Origin: Promethearchaeota archaeon
Lineage (GTDB): Archaea; Asgardarchaeota; Lokiarchaeia; Sigyniarchaeales; SOKP01
NCBI GenBank assembly: GCA_048941265.1
Contig: JBHLNT010000045.1
Span: 1 to 26,885, forward strand
Direction: 5' to 3'
Length of the DNA: 26,885 bases
Shown here: positions 1 to 8,389 of the stretch, in pieces
How the letters are laid out: the number at the start of each line of letters is the position of its first letter
Position numbering within the stretch: the stretch's first letter is position 1
Notes under the pieces: model-generated
Database searches by the model: none
What the model saw: the letters and a program-made list of their open reading frames with translations, nothing else
Told to the model about the DNA's origin: nothing
Program-made: the position numbers and the translations under genes

Positions 1-663
1 AGAAAAGCCTATAGATTTAAGAGAATCCAATTGGGCATTTAATAGATCGTAATGATTTTCAGGCTTATTTCTTGCTTCTTCCGGAATTTGTTCGAAAGAG
101 TTATTAAGATTTAGTAACTTTTGCCGGCAGATTATCCATTCTTTCCATAAATCATAATACCATTCATTATAATCCTTATAATTTGATAAAACAACATCAA
201 TATTCAAAAAATAAGCATTTGAATACATCATTTCAAAAATCCTCTTAAATAGCTTCTTTTTCTGGGGCAATTCAATGTGATGTATGGCAAATGAAGAGAC
301 TATAAAATCAAATAAGCCCCTTTTGAATTTTCCTTGAATTATTTCTTCAAATGAAATTTGACAAAATTCTGATATAGGCATCCCCTCAAGTTCTTTTTTT
401 GCCGCAGTCAGCATATCTTTAGATCCATCAATAACTACGATTTCCATACCTCCTTTTTGCATATAAAGTGTTTTTGAGAGAATTCCATTACCACATCCAA
501 GATCGAGAACTCTCTTTTTTTTAGTATCCTTAATAAATTTACGATAAAAAGAAGCAACTATATTTAGTAGATTTTCTCTTTCTTGGATGTAAATATCCGC
601 ATTATCTAAGTATTTATTTGAATATTCGGCTTTGTTCCAATTTGATTTTTCAAATTCATGCAT
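1..663 (-). CDS. Class I SAM-dependent methyltransferase (CmoA-like), 3' end runs off the window
   Basis: Not in the ORF track; translated by hand from ATG at 663-661: MHEFEKSNWNKAEYSNKYLDNADIYIQERE...KRVLDLGCGNG...IVVIDGSKDML...FDFIVSSFAIHH...LKSIGFS. Open to position 1. SAM motif I is DLGCGNG. SD-like GAGGT at 676-680 (minus strand). Confidence 0.9.
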   Translation of the reverse strand, partial: MHEFEKSNWNKAEYSNKYLDNADIYIQERENLLNIVASFYRKFIKDTKKKRVLDLGCGNGILSKTLYMQKGGMEIVVIDGSKDMLTAAKKELEGMPISEFCQISFEEIIQGKFKRGLFDFIVSSFAIHHIELPQKKKLFKRIFEMMYSNAYFLNIDVVLSNYKDYNEWYYDLWKEWIICRQKLLNLNNSFEQIPEEARNKPENHYDLLNAQLDSLKSIGFS

Positions 664-838
664 AATATATAATGTACCTCATATCAATAAAATTTTTACA
701 ACTTTATTCTAATTTGATAAATTATAAAGTAAAAGAGAATCATACTATTATTATCCCTGATTAAAACTAGTGTAATTCAGAGCTATTATAAAAAATGGTC
801 TCCAATACGCTTTTTATTTATAAAGTAATATTCCAATT

Positions 839-1414
839 ATGAAAGCATTAATTCTAAATGGAACGCGAAAACAGGATCCCGAAATTGAAGATTTATATAA
901 TCATCTGATTGATGAGTTAAGGGATTCTGGATGGGAAGTTACCTCTTTGATTCTTAAAGATATTAAGATTTCTCATTGTTTGGGGTGTTTCGAATGTTGG
1001 ATAAAAACGCCTGGTGAATGTGTTATTAATGATTACTCCAGGGAGATTACGAAATTAGCAATCCAAAGCGACTTATTACTCTTTTTTACACCTGTCACAT
1101 TTGGAGGCTATTCTTCTGAACTAAAAAAAGCTGTCGATAGATTAATACCTAATCTTTTGCCATTTTTTAAGAAAGTTGAGGGAGAAATTCACCATGTTCA
1201 AAGATATGAAAAAAGATTTTCATTACTGGTAGTAGGCTATCTAAATTATGGTAATGATGAAAAGATGCAAATTTTCAAAACATTAGTTGATAGAAACGCA
1301 TTAAATATGGCACCTCCCTTTCATGATACACATATATTCATTAAAGGGCAAGATCCATCAGAATTTTATAAAAATTTTAAATTGTCATTAAAATCTGTAG
1401 AGGGAATGTCATGA
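839..1414 (+). CDS. Flavodoxin-fold protein, iron-sulfur flavoprotein / NADPH-dependent FMN reductase family
   Basis: CxxCxxCx7C motif (CLGCFECWIKTPGEC) and TPVTFGGYSSELKKAVDR segment typical of the family. Confidence 0.85.
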   Translation: MKALILNGTRKQDPEIEDLYNHLIDELRDSGWEVTSLILKDIKISHCLGCFECWIKTPGECVINDYSREITKLAIQSDLLLFFTPVTFGGYSSELKKAVDRLIPNLLPFFKKVEGEIHHVQRYEKRFSLLVVGYLNYGNDEKMQIFKTLVDRNALNMAPPFHDTHIFIKGQDPSEFYKNFKLSLKSVEGMS

Positions 1415-2088
1415 ATAATTATAATAACGTTCTATTATTGATTGGGAGCCCTAAAGGCTCAGCAAGTAGCTCAGCATCTCTCGGGAATTATTTAACTTCA
1501 AAACTGGAAGAAAATGGTTGGATAAAGGAAGTAGGATATATACATAAGTTAGTAAAAAATAAAGAAAGTCAAATAAGACTATTTTCTATGGTAGAAAAGG
1601 CAGATCTCATAATTATGGCATTTCCTCTTTATGTAGATAGTTTACCTGCTCCAGTTATTAAAGCTTTAGAGAGTATTTCTGAATATAGAAAGAATTTAGT
1701 ACAACCGAAACGTCAAGGTTTTGCCATAATTGTAAATTCTGGATTTCCTGAGGCAGAGCAAAATGATATTGCGGTGAATATCTCAAAAATTTTTGCTCAG
1801 GAGGTTGGATTTGAATGGAAAGGAGGATTAGCACTTGGTATGGGGGGAGTTATACAAGGCAAACCATTACAAGAACGAGGAGGAGTTGTCCGAAATATCA
1901 TAAAAGGATTAGATATTGCTGCTGTCGCACTCTCAAGGAGAGAAAATATTCCTCAAGTATCCACCGATCTTATATCGAAACGCACTATGCCGAAGAAACT
2001 CTATACTATGGTTGGAAATTTTGATTGGAAAGTGCAAGCTAAAAAATATGGAGCCCGAAAAAAAATGTATGAAAAACCTTATTTATAA
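1411..2088 (+). CDS. Flavodoxin-like NAD(P)H-dependent oxidoreductase
   Basis: N-terminal FMN phosphate loop LIGSPKGSASSS, plus ADLIIMAFPLYVDSLP and NSGFPE. ATGA overlap with the upstream CDS. Confidence 0.85.
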   Translation: MNNYNNVLLLIGSPKGSASSSASLGNYLTSKLEENGWIKEVGYIHKLVKNKESQIRLFSMVEKADLIIMAFPLYVDSLPAPVIKALESISEYRKNLVQPKRQGFAIIVNSGFPEAEQNDIAVNISKIFAQEVGFEWKGGLALGMGGVIQGKPLQERGGVVRNIIKGLDIAAVALSRRENIPQVSTDLISKRTMPKKLYTMVGNFDWKVQAKKYGARKKMYEKPYL

Positions 2089-2243
2089 TTAATTTTGAAC
2101 TAATCCTTAATTTTTTTACTATTGTTAGAAAGGTAAATTTCAGCTAAATCCAAATTTTCTTACAATTTTAACATATAAATTTTTGAATTAGCCTATTATA
2201 AATCAAGAATTTTATTTTAATTAGCTAATTATTTTATAAAATC

Positions 2244-2262
2244 TTTGATAATAATCATTATA
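2244..2262. promoter_or_regulatory. Candidate Fur-box-like metal-regulator site upstream of the FTR1 permease
   Basis: TTTGATAATAATCATTATA matches 14/19 of the classical Fur consensus GATAATGATAATCATTATC. The AT-rich context weakens this. Confidence 0.3.
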
Positions 2263-2339
2263 TTGAATAAGATCAAAAATTAAATATTTTAAATATATAG
2301 AATGAATAGTCAAAATTTTATATTTAGGTGCAACTAGTA

Positions 2340-3206
2340 ATGAATTATTTTGATTTTATTATTCCAATTTTTTTAGGTTTCAGGGAGGGTTTAGAAGCAG
2401 TTTTAGTTTTAGTGATTATTCTCTTATATTTGAAAAATTCAGATCAGCGATATTACAATAAATATGTTTATATTGGCAGTGTTTTAGCAGTAATATCAAG
2501 TGTTGTTTTTGCCATTATTTTTACAGTTTTGCTTGGAGGATTTACTGGTATTTTGGAAGGAACTTTCGAAGGATTTACATTTATTATTTCAGGAATTTTC
2601 ATTATAACATTAATTTTATGGGTAAGTAAAGAAGGACCCAAAATGAAGGAACATTTAGAAGAAAAAGTAGAACAATCAATTCAGAAAGAAAAAATCTTTT
2701 CCGTAACAGTTTTATCATTCATAATTATCATTCGAGAGGGCATTGAGTTAGTATTATTACTAACAGGGGCAACAAAAGTTGGTGACCTTGATCCAAATGC
2801 AGTAATATTTGGATCTTTAATCGGTATTGGAATTGCATTAATCATAGGAATATTAACATTTTTCGGAATAAAAACGATAAACTTATCAGTCTTTTTTAAA
2901 ATTACAAATGTAATTCTTATCCTATTTGCAGCAGGGTTAATTACTTATGGGATACACGAACTTATAGAAGCGGGGATCGTAAATCCAATAATAGCAGAGG
3001 TTTGGAATATTAAACATATTTTGCCAGAAGATTTTCCTGATGGAGATCCGACAACACCAGAATGGCTTGAAATAACCGGATCACTGTTCAAAGCTCTATT
3101 TGGCTACAATGCGAACCCATCTTTATTGGAAGTAATTATTTACCCGGTATTACTGGGTTTAATTGGATCAATTTCATTTGTTTTATGGAAGAGGAATAGT
3201 TCCTAA
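2340..3206 (+). CDS. ftr1: FTR1-family iron permease
   Basis: Two RExxE motifs (FREGLE, IREGIE), multiple TM segments, AAGL...HEL and FGYNANPS motifs. The ORF-track GTG at 2328 lies inside the SD-like AGGTG (2326-2330), so ATG 2340 is preferred. Confidence 0.93.
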   Translation: MNYFDFIIPIFLGFREGLEAVLVLVIILLYLKNSDQRYYNKYVYIGSVLAVISSVVFAIIFTVLLGGFTGILEGTFEGFTFIISGIFIITLILWVSKEGPKMKEHLEEKVEQSIQKEKIFSVTVLSFIIIIREGIELVLLLTGATKVGDLDPNAVIFGSLIGIGIALIIGILTFFGIKTINLSVFFKITNVILILFAAGLITYGIHELIEAGIVNPIIAEVWNIKHILPEDFPDGDPTTPEWLEITGSLFKALFGYNANPSLLEVIIYPVLLGLIGSISFVLWKRNSS

Positions 3207-3234
3207 TTTGTTATATAAGATATAAGATATTCTC

Positions 3235-3245
3235 TTTTTTTTTTT
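3235..3245 (+). terminator. Poly-T (T11) archaeal-type terminator after ftr1
   Basis: Run of 11 T starting about 30 nt after the stop codon. Confidence 0.55.
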
Positions 3246-3258
3246 CTAATAAATTATA

Positions 3259-3288
3259 AAGAAATAGTATGGTACAATGTTATTTCTT
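3259..3288. repeat. 30-bp imperfect palindrome (candidate operator or hairpin)
   Basis: AAGAAATAGTATGGTACAATGTTATTTCTT: 24/30 positions match its own reverse complement, with perfect 8-bp outer arms. Confidence 0.6.
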
Positions 3289-3381
3289 AACACAAACTTC
3301 CCGAATTTTAAATTATTTATAACGGATAATTTTAAAACACCAGAATAGCTGTTTATTCTTAAGAAATTCTGAGGTGATTTA

Positions 3382-3660
3382 ATGATTTTCGATGAACATA
3401 TGCATGATGAAGAGTATAATATGATGAATTGGTGGTATGATGTCTTCGGTCCAAATTGGTGGATTTTCATGGGTCTCTGGTGGGTTCTTATTATATCTCT
3501 CGCAATTATAATGGCATATTATGTCCATAGAGATGCCGTAAGAAGGCATATACCGAATCCAGAAGTTTGGTTGCTAATCGTTCTGATCTTTAACGTCTTA
3601 GGATTAATAATTTATCTTTTGGTCCGAGGAAATTATCGAGAAGAAAGTGCAAAACAGTAA
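3382..3660 (+). CDS. Small membrane protein with PLDc_N-like domain and His/Met/acidic N-terminus
   Basis: Strong SD GAGGTGA at 3371-3377. DAVRR...WLLIVLIFNVLGLIIYLLVR fits the PLDc N-terminal hairpin pattern. Confidence 0.8.
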   Translation: MIFDEHMHDEEYNMMNWWYDVFGPNWWIFMGLWWVLIISLAIIMAYYVHRDAVRRHIPNPEVWLLIVLIFNVLGLIIYLLVRGNYREESAKQ

Positions 3661-3668
3661 ATAAATAA

Positions 3669-3687
3669 TTTTTTTTTGAATTTTTTT
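3669..3687 (+). terminator. Tandem poly-T tracts (T9, T7)
   Basis: Immediately downstream of the stop codon at 3660. Confidence 0.5.
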
Positions 3688-3788
3688 ATAAAATAGAGAA
3701 AAACTCTTATCTATATTATATTTTTGTGAACTATTTAAGGTCATCTTACGTAATATAAATTATAAAATAATAAGATAAGGTGATATAT

Positions 3789-4631
3789 ATGAAAGCAGAA
3801 TCTAAAAATATTTTAGCAGTCATAGCCCACCCGGATGACTTAACTTTCTTTAGTGCGGGAACAATTGCCAAATGGGCAGATCAAGGGCATATCATCTCTA
3901 CAATTTGTGTTACCAGTGGCAATGTAGGAACCCTAAGAACGGATTTAACGTTAGATGATGTCGCTCAAATGAGGGAAAAAGAACTCAGAGCAGCGAATAA
4001 TGTTCTAGGTGTAAAAGAAACCATAATGCTAGGGTATCCTGATGGAGGCTTCATAGATGGGGCTAAGCTACGAGAAGAGCTTTGCTATTATGTAAGAAAA
4101 TTAAAGGCAGATCGTCTCATTACCTTTGACCCATGGGTTAAATATGAAGTTCATCCTGATCATGTAATTGTAGGGAGGATGGCAGCTGAAGCAGGAGCAT
4201 TTTCTGCATTCCCATTATTATACTCTGATCAAATTAAAGATCGTGGAGTGGAACCATATTCATGTTCAGAAATCTGGTTCATGGGATTACTTGGTCATCA
4301 ACCAAACTATTTTGTGGATATTAGTTCAACTCTTGATAAAAAAATTGAAGCTGCTCTTAAATTTGAGGCCACGTTAACCCTTATAGCTGATTTATTTGCC
4401 CCGGGGGAAGGAATTGACCCTGCAGATGTTACCAAAGATCAACTGAAAAAACTTGCGAAATATGCAAAAAGATTGTTGAATTCTATGTCTGCTAATATTG
4501 GAAGGAAGGTAAATTTAAATGGTGCTGAAGCGTTTTATGTTCAAAAAGTATTACCAGGTCATTTTGATAATTTTATCCCGCTTATGAATGAAATGTTGGG
4601 AAATCCTCCCGAAAAGCCCAAAATTGATTAG
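3789..4631 (+). CDS. PIG-L/LmbE-family zinc deacetylase
   Basis: AHPDD, TSG, RxxE (REKE) and HPDH motifs. The ORF-track GTG at 3780 lies within SD AGGTGA (3778-3783), so ATG 3789 is preferred. Confidence 0.92.
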   Translation: MKAESKNILAVIAHPDDLTFFSAGTIAKWADQGHIISTICVTSGNVGTLRTDLTLDDVAQMREKELRAANNVLGVKETIMLGYPDGGFIDGAKLREELCYYVRKLKADRLITFDPWVKYEVHPDHVIVGRMAAEAGAFSAFPLLYSDQIKDRGVEPYSCSEIWFMGLLGHQPNYFVDISSTLDKKIEAALKFEATLTLIADLFAPGEGIDPADVTKDQLKKLAKYAKRLLNSMSANIGRKVNLNGAEAFYVQKVLPGHFDNFIPLMNEMLGNPPEKPKID

Positions 4632-4640
4632 TTAATATTA

Positions 4641-4656
4641 TTTTTTTTATTTTTTT
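4641..4656 (+). terminator. Poly-T tract (T8-A-T7) after the deacetylase gene
   Basis: 10 nt downstream of the stop, in a convergent intergenic region. Confidence 0.5.
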
Positions 4657-4813
4657 ATGTATGTAATAGAGAAAGATACTTTTTTCTATTGAGTAAAACC
4701 TTAAATAGAAACACAATAAAATCAATAATTTTTTTTGTAGTAGTAATTTTAAAAAAAGAATTTAATATTTTTTCTTTTCTTTATATTAAAGAGCGAAAGA
4801 ACAAGAAAAAAAA

Positions 4814-5593
4814 TTATTTTTTTAGAGTTTCAAGAAATATATTTGAAATATCTTCATTTCTTTTGTTAAAATCTCCTTTAGATTCACCTTTTTCTTTAGC
4901 TGGTGATACGGATAAACTCAAGGTCGTTTGTTTGGTCTTCCCCTTTTTCTCATATTCAAGATCAACTTTATATGAGATTGTACCTTTTTTAGATATCTGC
5001 TCATAGGCACCTATAATCGGATACATATATCCATATTCAACGAAATCTGAATCACTAAATTCTTGATGAACAGCTTTTTTAATACCATTTCTAATTGCCT
5101 TAAGACGATAATTCAAACTAGATCCCGCAATTGCTCCCGCTATTGCTCCTATCCTACCTCCAACTATCCCTCCAATTCGCGCCATTCCATAGGTGTCAAC
5201 TTTACCTTCTGCTTTAGGACCTATAGCAATTAAACGATAATCTGTGAGGTATATTCTCCCATAAACCGCTAATCCTCCTTTTTGGGTTAGAGTTCCATAA
5301 AAAGATGTTTTGACCTCCTCTCCAGAAAGTAGAACTTGATGTTTTAAAATATGTTTATCCATTTCCGTTAGTTGATCAGGAGTTATTTTTTTTAACTTGC
5401 CCTCAAGATCGCCATAGCAATCCATAAAAAGGGAAGCATTCATTTTCACAACCTTACCAACTACATCATAAAATTCTTCACATGCTCCAGCACTTTTAAA
5501 AGCATTAGAGAGATTTTTAACAACAAGTTTAGATTTATTTGTTTGTGCACCTAGTAGTGCTTCTCTTTCAAATTCTTCTGGTACTGATCCCAT
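4814..5593 (-). CDS. Hypothetical protein with PH/GRAM-like segment and glycine-zipper motif
   Basis: 259-aa ORF with SD GGAGGT at 5601-5606. LLSGEEV...YGRIYLTDYRLI resembles PH-GRAM/GLUE/bacterial-PH strands. GGIVGGRIGAIAGAIAG is a glycine zipper. The domain call is tentative. Confidence 0.75.
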   Translation of the reverse strand: MGSVPEEFEREALLGAQTNKSKLVVKNLSNAFKSAGACEEFYDVVGKVVKMNASLFMDCYGDLEGKLKKITPDQLTEMDKHILKHQVLLSGEEVKTSFYGTLTQKGGLAVYGRIYLTDYRLIAIGPKAEGKVDTYGMARIGGIVGGRIGAIAGAIAGSSLNYRLKAIRNGIKKAVHQEFSDSDFVEYGYMYPIIGAYEQISKKGTISYKVDLEYEKKGKTKQTTLSLSVSPAKEKGESKGDFNKRNEDISNIFLETLKK

Positions 5594-5722
5594 TAATATA
5601 ACCTCCTTAAACTATTATAATTTTTAAATTAAAAATTAATGGATTTAGTGGTAGTTTAACTTTGTTTTCTAGAGTTTAAAAATGTATCTAAAAAGCTAAA
5701 ATGAGCAATATATACGAGTTTG

Positions 5723-6910
5723 TTAGAAAATTGAAACAATGCCATAAAAAGCAAGCAAAATACCAAAACAGATAAAAGTTGGAAAAGCTAAATACTTGAA
5801 AGCATCTTTATATTCTGTTTTGAGGTAATTCACGCTATATGACACACAGGGATGAATCGGAGTAACCAAATAACCTAAAAATGTTGCAGAATAAAGTAAT
5901 ACGAAATCAAGTAAACTCATCATGGTAAGACTATATTGAATAAGATAAATTGGAATTAAAATTGAGAGCGGTAATTGAGTTCGTCCCGTAGCAAATCCCA
6001 GTCCAAAACCTAGACAGATAAAGAATAAAAACGGAATTTGTAATGCTCCTATATCTTCTGGTAATCCTGTTCTAATGAAAACTTCTAAAAACCAGAAGAT
6101 TGCAAAAATTAATAATGAGAATCGCCATATTCTCATCTTTTTAGCTATTTCTTTAAGATTTGAAAGTTTCATATTTGAATATACCATAGCAATCCAAATA
6201 CTTACACATAAACCAATAAGCAGAAATATTTCTGGATATGCAAGATTTAAGAATGTTCTTCCAAAAAAATCGATAATGGGTGCAATGATAATAGGAAATA
6301 AATTTCGAAGTACCCTTTTAACATCCCGCTCATATTCCGCAACTTCTATATCAACACTACGAAGTAATGTAAAATACCCAACTAATATCATTACAATGAA
6401 TGGAATAATCATAGCAACCACTATTACATATAATGAAATCCCCGCCAGTACACTGCTGACAATTAAGATTGTAGAGAGGGGATAAATCAAAATTAATGCA
6501 TGTCTATACCATACATTAATTGCAACTTTACGATTAACATCTATACTTGGATCAATTTGATCTACAATTGGTGCTGACATTAAAGCGCCTCCTGGTACAG
6601 GTAATAATCCAAAAAAGGCAGGACTAACCATCAATGAGGTCTTTTTTGAAATTTTCATCTTTTGAATAAGTTCAAGCATTAAACCTGATTCTTCCATGAT
6701 TCCTCCAAGAATCGGAATGAGTGCTACTGCTATTACTAAAAGAATAATAGATGGATTAGTGGATACAACAATAAACGACTCAACAAGGTTAACTTGTGTC
6801 AGTATGGCGAAAATTATCGTCCCTATACTTAAAATAATCCCAAGTTCTTTCTTAGAAAATATTAATATTAAAGAAATAACAATGAGAAAAGCAATCCAAG
6901 CGGGTATCAC
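5723..6910 (-). CDS. DUF401-family integral membrane protein (ion-transporter-superfamily-like)
   Basis: Highly hydrophobic, with GLLPVPGGALMSAP, NVWYRH and GYLVTPIHPC motifs. GTG start. Confidence 0.82.
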   Translation of the reverse strand: MIPAWIAFLIVISLILIFSKKELGIILSIGTIIFAILTQVNLVESFIVVSTNPSIILLVIAVALIPILGGIMEESGLMLELIQKMKISKKTSLMVSPAFFGLLPVPGGALMSAPIVDQIDPSIDVNRKVAINVWYRHALILIYPLSTILIVSSVLAGISLYVIVVAMIIPFIVMILVGYFTLLRSVDIEVAEYERDVKRVLRNLFPIIIAPIIDFFGRTFLNLAYPEIFLLIGLCVSIWIAMVYSNMKLSNLKEIAKKMRIWRFSLLIFAIFWFLEVFIRTGLPEDIGALQIPFLFFICLGFGLGFATGRTQLPLSILIPIYLIQYSLTMMSLLDFVLLYSATFLGYLVTPIHPCVSYSVNYLKTEYKDAFKYLAFPTFICFGILLAFYGIVSIF

Positions 6911-6991
6911 ATATTTGAAAATCTTTTTTCCCTTAAAAAACGAGCATAAAAAAATAATAAAAAAGATGGTTAATAATCCCTATTTTAGATA

Positions 6992-8389
6992 TTAGAGACC
7001 TAATTCGCGTAATTTGGTGATCATTGCTTGTTTTTTCTCATCCTTAAGGTCGTAATACTTATACATCAGTATAAATGCGAAAAGCATCATAAGCGAAGGG
7101 ATTAATCCCATATGTATTCGAATACCCCAGATTGCTAAGGGTGTTTGTGTTGCATCTGGGTCCGGATTATAACCAGTTAAGATATGTACAGCTGATATAA
7201 CTAAGCCAATTGTAATAAGTGATGTGCGGAAAAAAAAAGTTCTTATTCCTGATAATGTTGCTTCTTGATGTTTACCAATATCTGCAGTGATTTCATCGTA
7301 AGTATCAGATGCGATTGGATAAAGCATGATATAAAAACAGCCGAATCCAAAAGCTCCAATGAAATTATATAAAATTGCCTCCCATAATGTTGTTATCCAT
7401 AAAGTTGGAAGCAATGTTAGACTTACAAGTAAACATCCTAATGTATAAGTCTTAACATGTCCTAATCTTTTAGCCACATTGGCCCAGAAGGGGACGAATC
7501 CAGTAAAACCTAAAAAAATTGCCAATTGTAAATATACTGTTACTCTAAATGGAAGTCTTAAAACATCCTTAATAAAATATATCGAGGAAGTCAACCATAA
7601 ACCATAAGCTGCAAGATAAAGAGCATATGTCATAAGGGCAATTACATAATTTTTATGATGGAACGCTATTTTCATCAACTTCCAAAAGGATTCCCGTTCT
7701 TGATCATCATAACCTTTAAGATACCGGTCTTTTATTTCCTCAGATTCCCGAATACCTGGTATTAAAAAAAAAGCGCAAAAGAAAATTATTGTTAAAACTA
7801 TGGCAACAATGGTTATCATTGAGTTTCTATCACCATATATCAGCAAAAAAGGAGGGATAAGACTTAATAAAAACGTTCCTGTATTAGGAATAATGTTTTG
7901 AGGAACACTTGCCTTTCTACGTTCAAAATCCGTACGAAATTGGTTTGGAAATCCCGCGTTCAGATGCGTTAAATATAATGATACAAATGTATCATAGATA
8001 CAAACAACAATCACTAAATATATAAAAATTGGCATAGGATTTACTTTAGCATCTACTTCAGGAGGCGTGAAGATAAAAAAATAACATATAATACTAGGAA
8101 ATAATCCAATAATAATCCATGGAGTGCGCATACCCCATCTTTTAGTCCATCTCATAGGCTTGTCTGTTAAATATCCTATAAGTGGATCGTTTAACATATT
8201 CCATATTGCGTAAATTATAAAAGCAAGCGCAATCAAAAGAATTGGCAAACCAATTACAACCTCGTAATAATAAAATACAAAAGTAGAGAAGAATACTCCT
8301 AAATAATACGGGATAAAAAATCCGACTGAATAAGAAATTGTTTTTTTTGATGATACTACATCCCATTCAGAAACTTTTAATTCAGTCAA
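6992..8389 (-). CDS. MFS transporter, glycoside-pentoside-hexuronide (MelB-like) family
   Basis: About 12 TM segments, WNMLNDPLIGYLTD...TKRWGMRTPW signature, C-terminal TGYNP...IRIHMGLIP. TTG start preceded by AAGGGGT. Confidence 0.9.
   Translation of the reverse strand: MTELKVSEWDVVSSKKTISYSVGFFIPYYLGVFFSTFVFYYYEVVIGLPILLIALAFIIYAIWNMLNDPLIGYLTDKPMRWTKRWGMRTPWIIIGLFPSIICYFFIFTPPEVDAKVNPMPIFIYLVIVVCIYDTFVSLYLTHLNAGFPNQFRTDFERRKASVPQNIIPNTGTFLLSLIPPFLLIYGDRNSMITIVAIVLTIIFFCAFFLIPGIRESEEIKDRYLKGYDDQERESFWKLMKIAFHHKNYVIALMTYALYLAAYGLWLTSSIYFIKDVLRLPFRVTVYLQLAIFLGFTGFVPFWANVAKRLGHVKTYTLGCLLVSLTLLPTLWITTLWEAILYNFIGAFGFGCFYIMLYPIASDTYDEITADIGKHQEATLSGIRTFFFRTSLITIGLVISAVHILTGYNPDPDATQTPLAIWGIRIHMGLIPSLMMLFAFILMYKYYDLKDEKKQAMITKLRELGL

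Noticed and set aside
5120-5155. 12-bp tandem repeat (attgctcccgc-like)
   Set aside because: It encodes the GAIA-GAIA glycine-zipper repeat and is explained by the protein.
5723-6910. DUF401 protein as the missing AbgT-equivalent transporter for the AbgB-like enzyme
   Set aside because: It lies over 6 kb away with unrelated genes between; only distant superfamily resemblance supports it.
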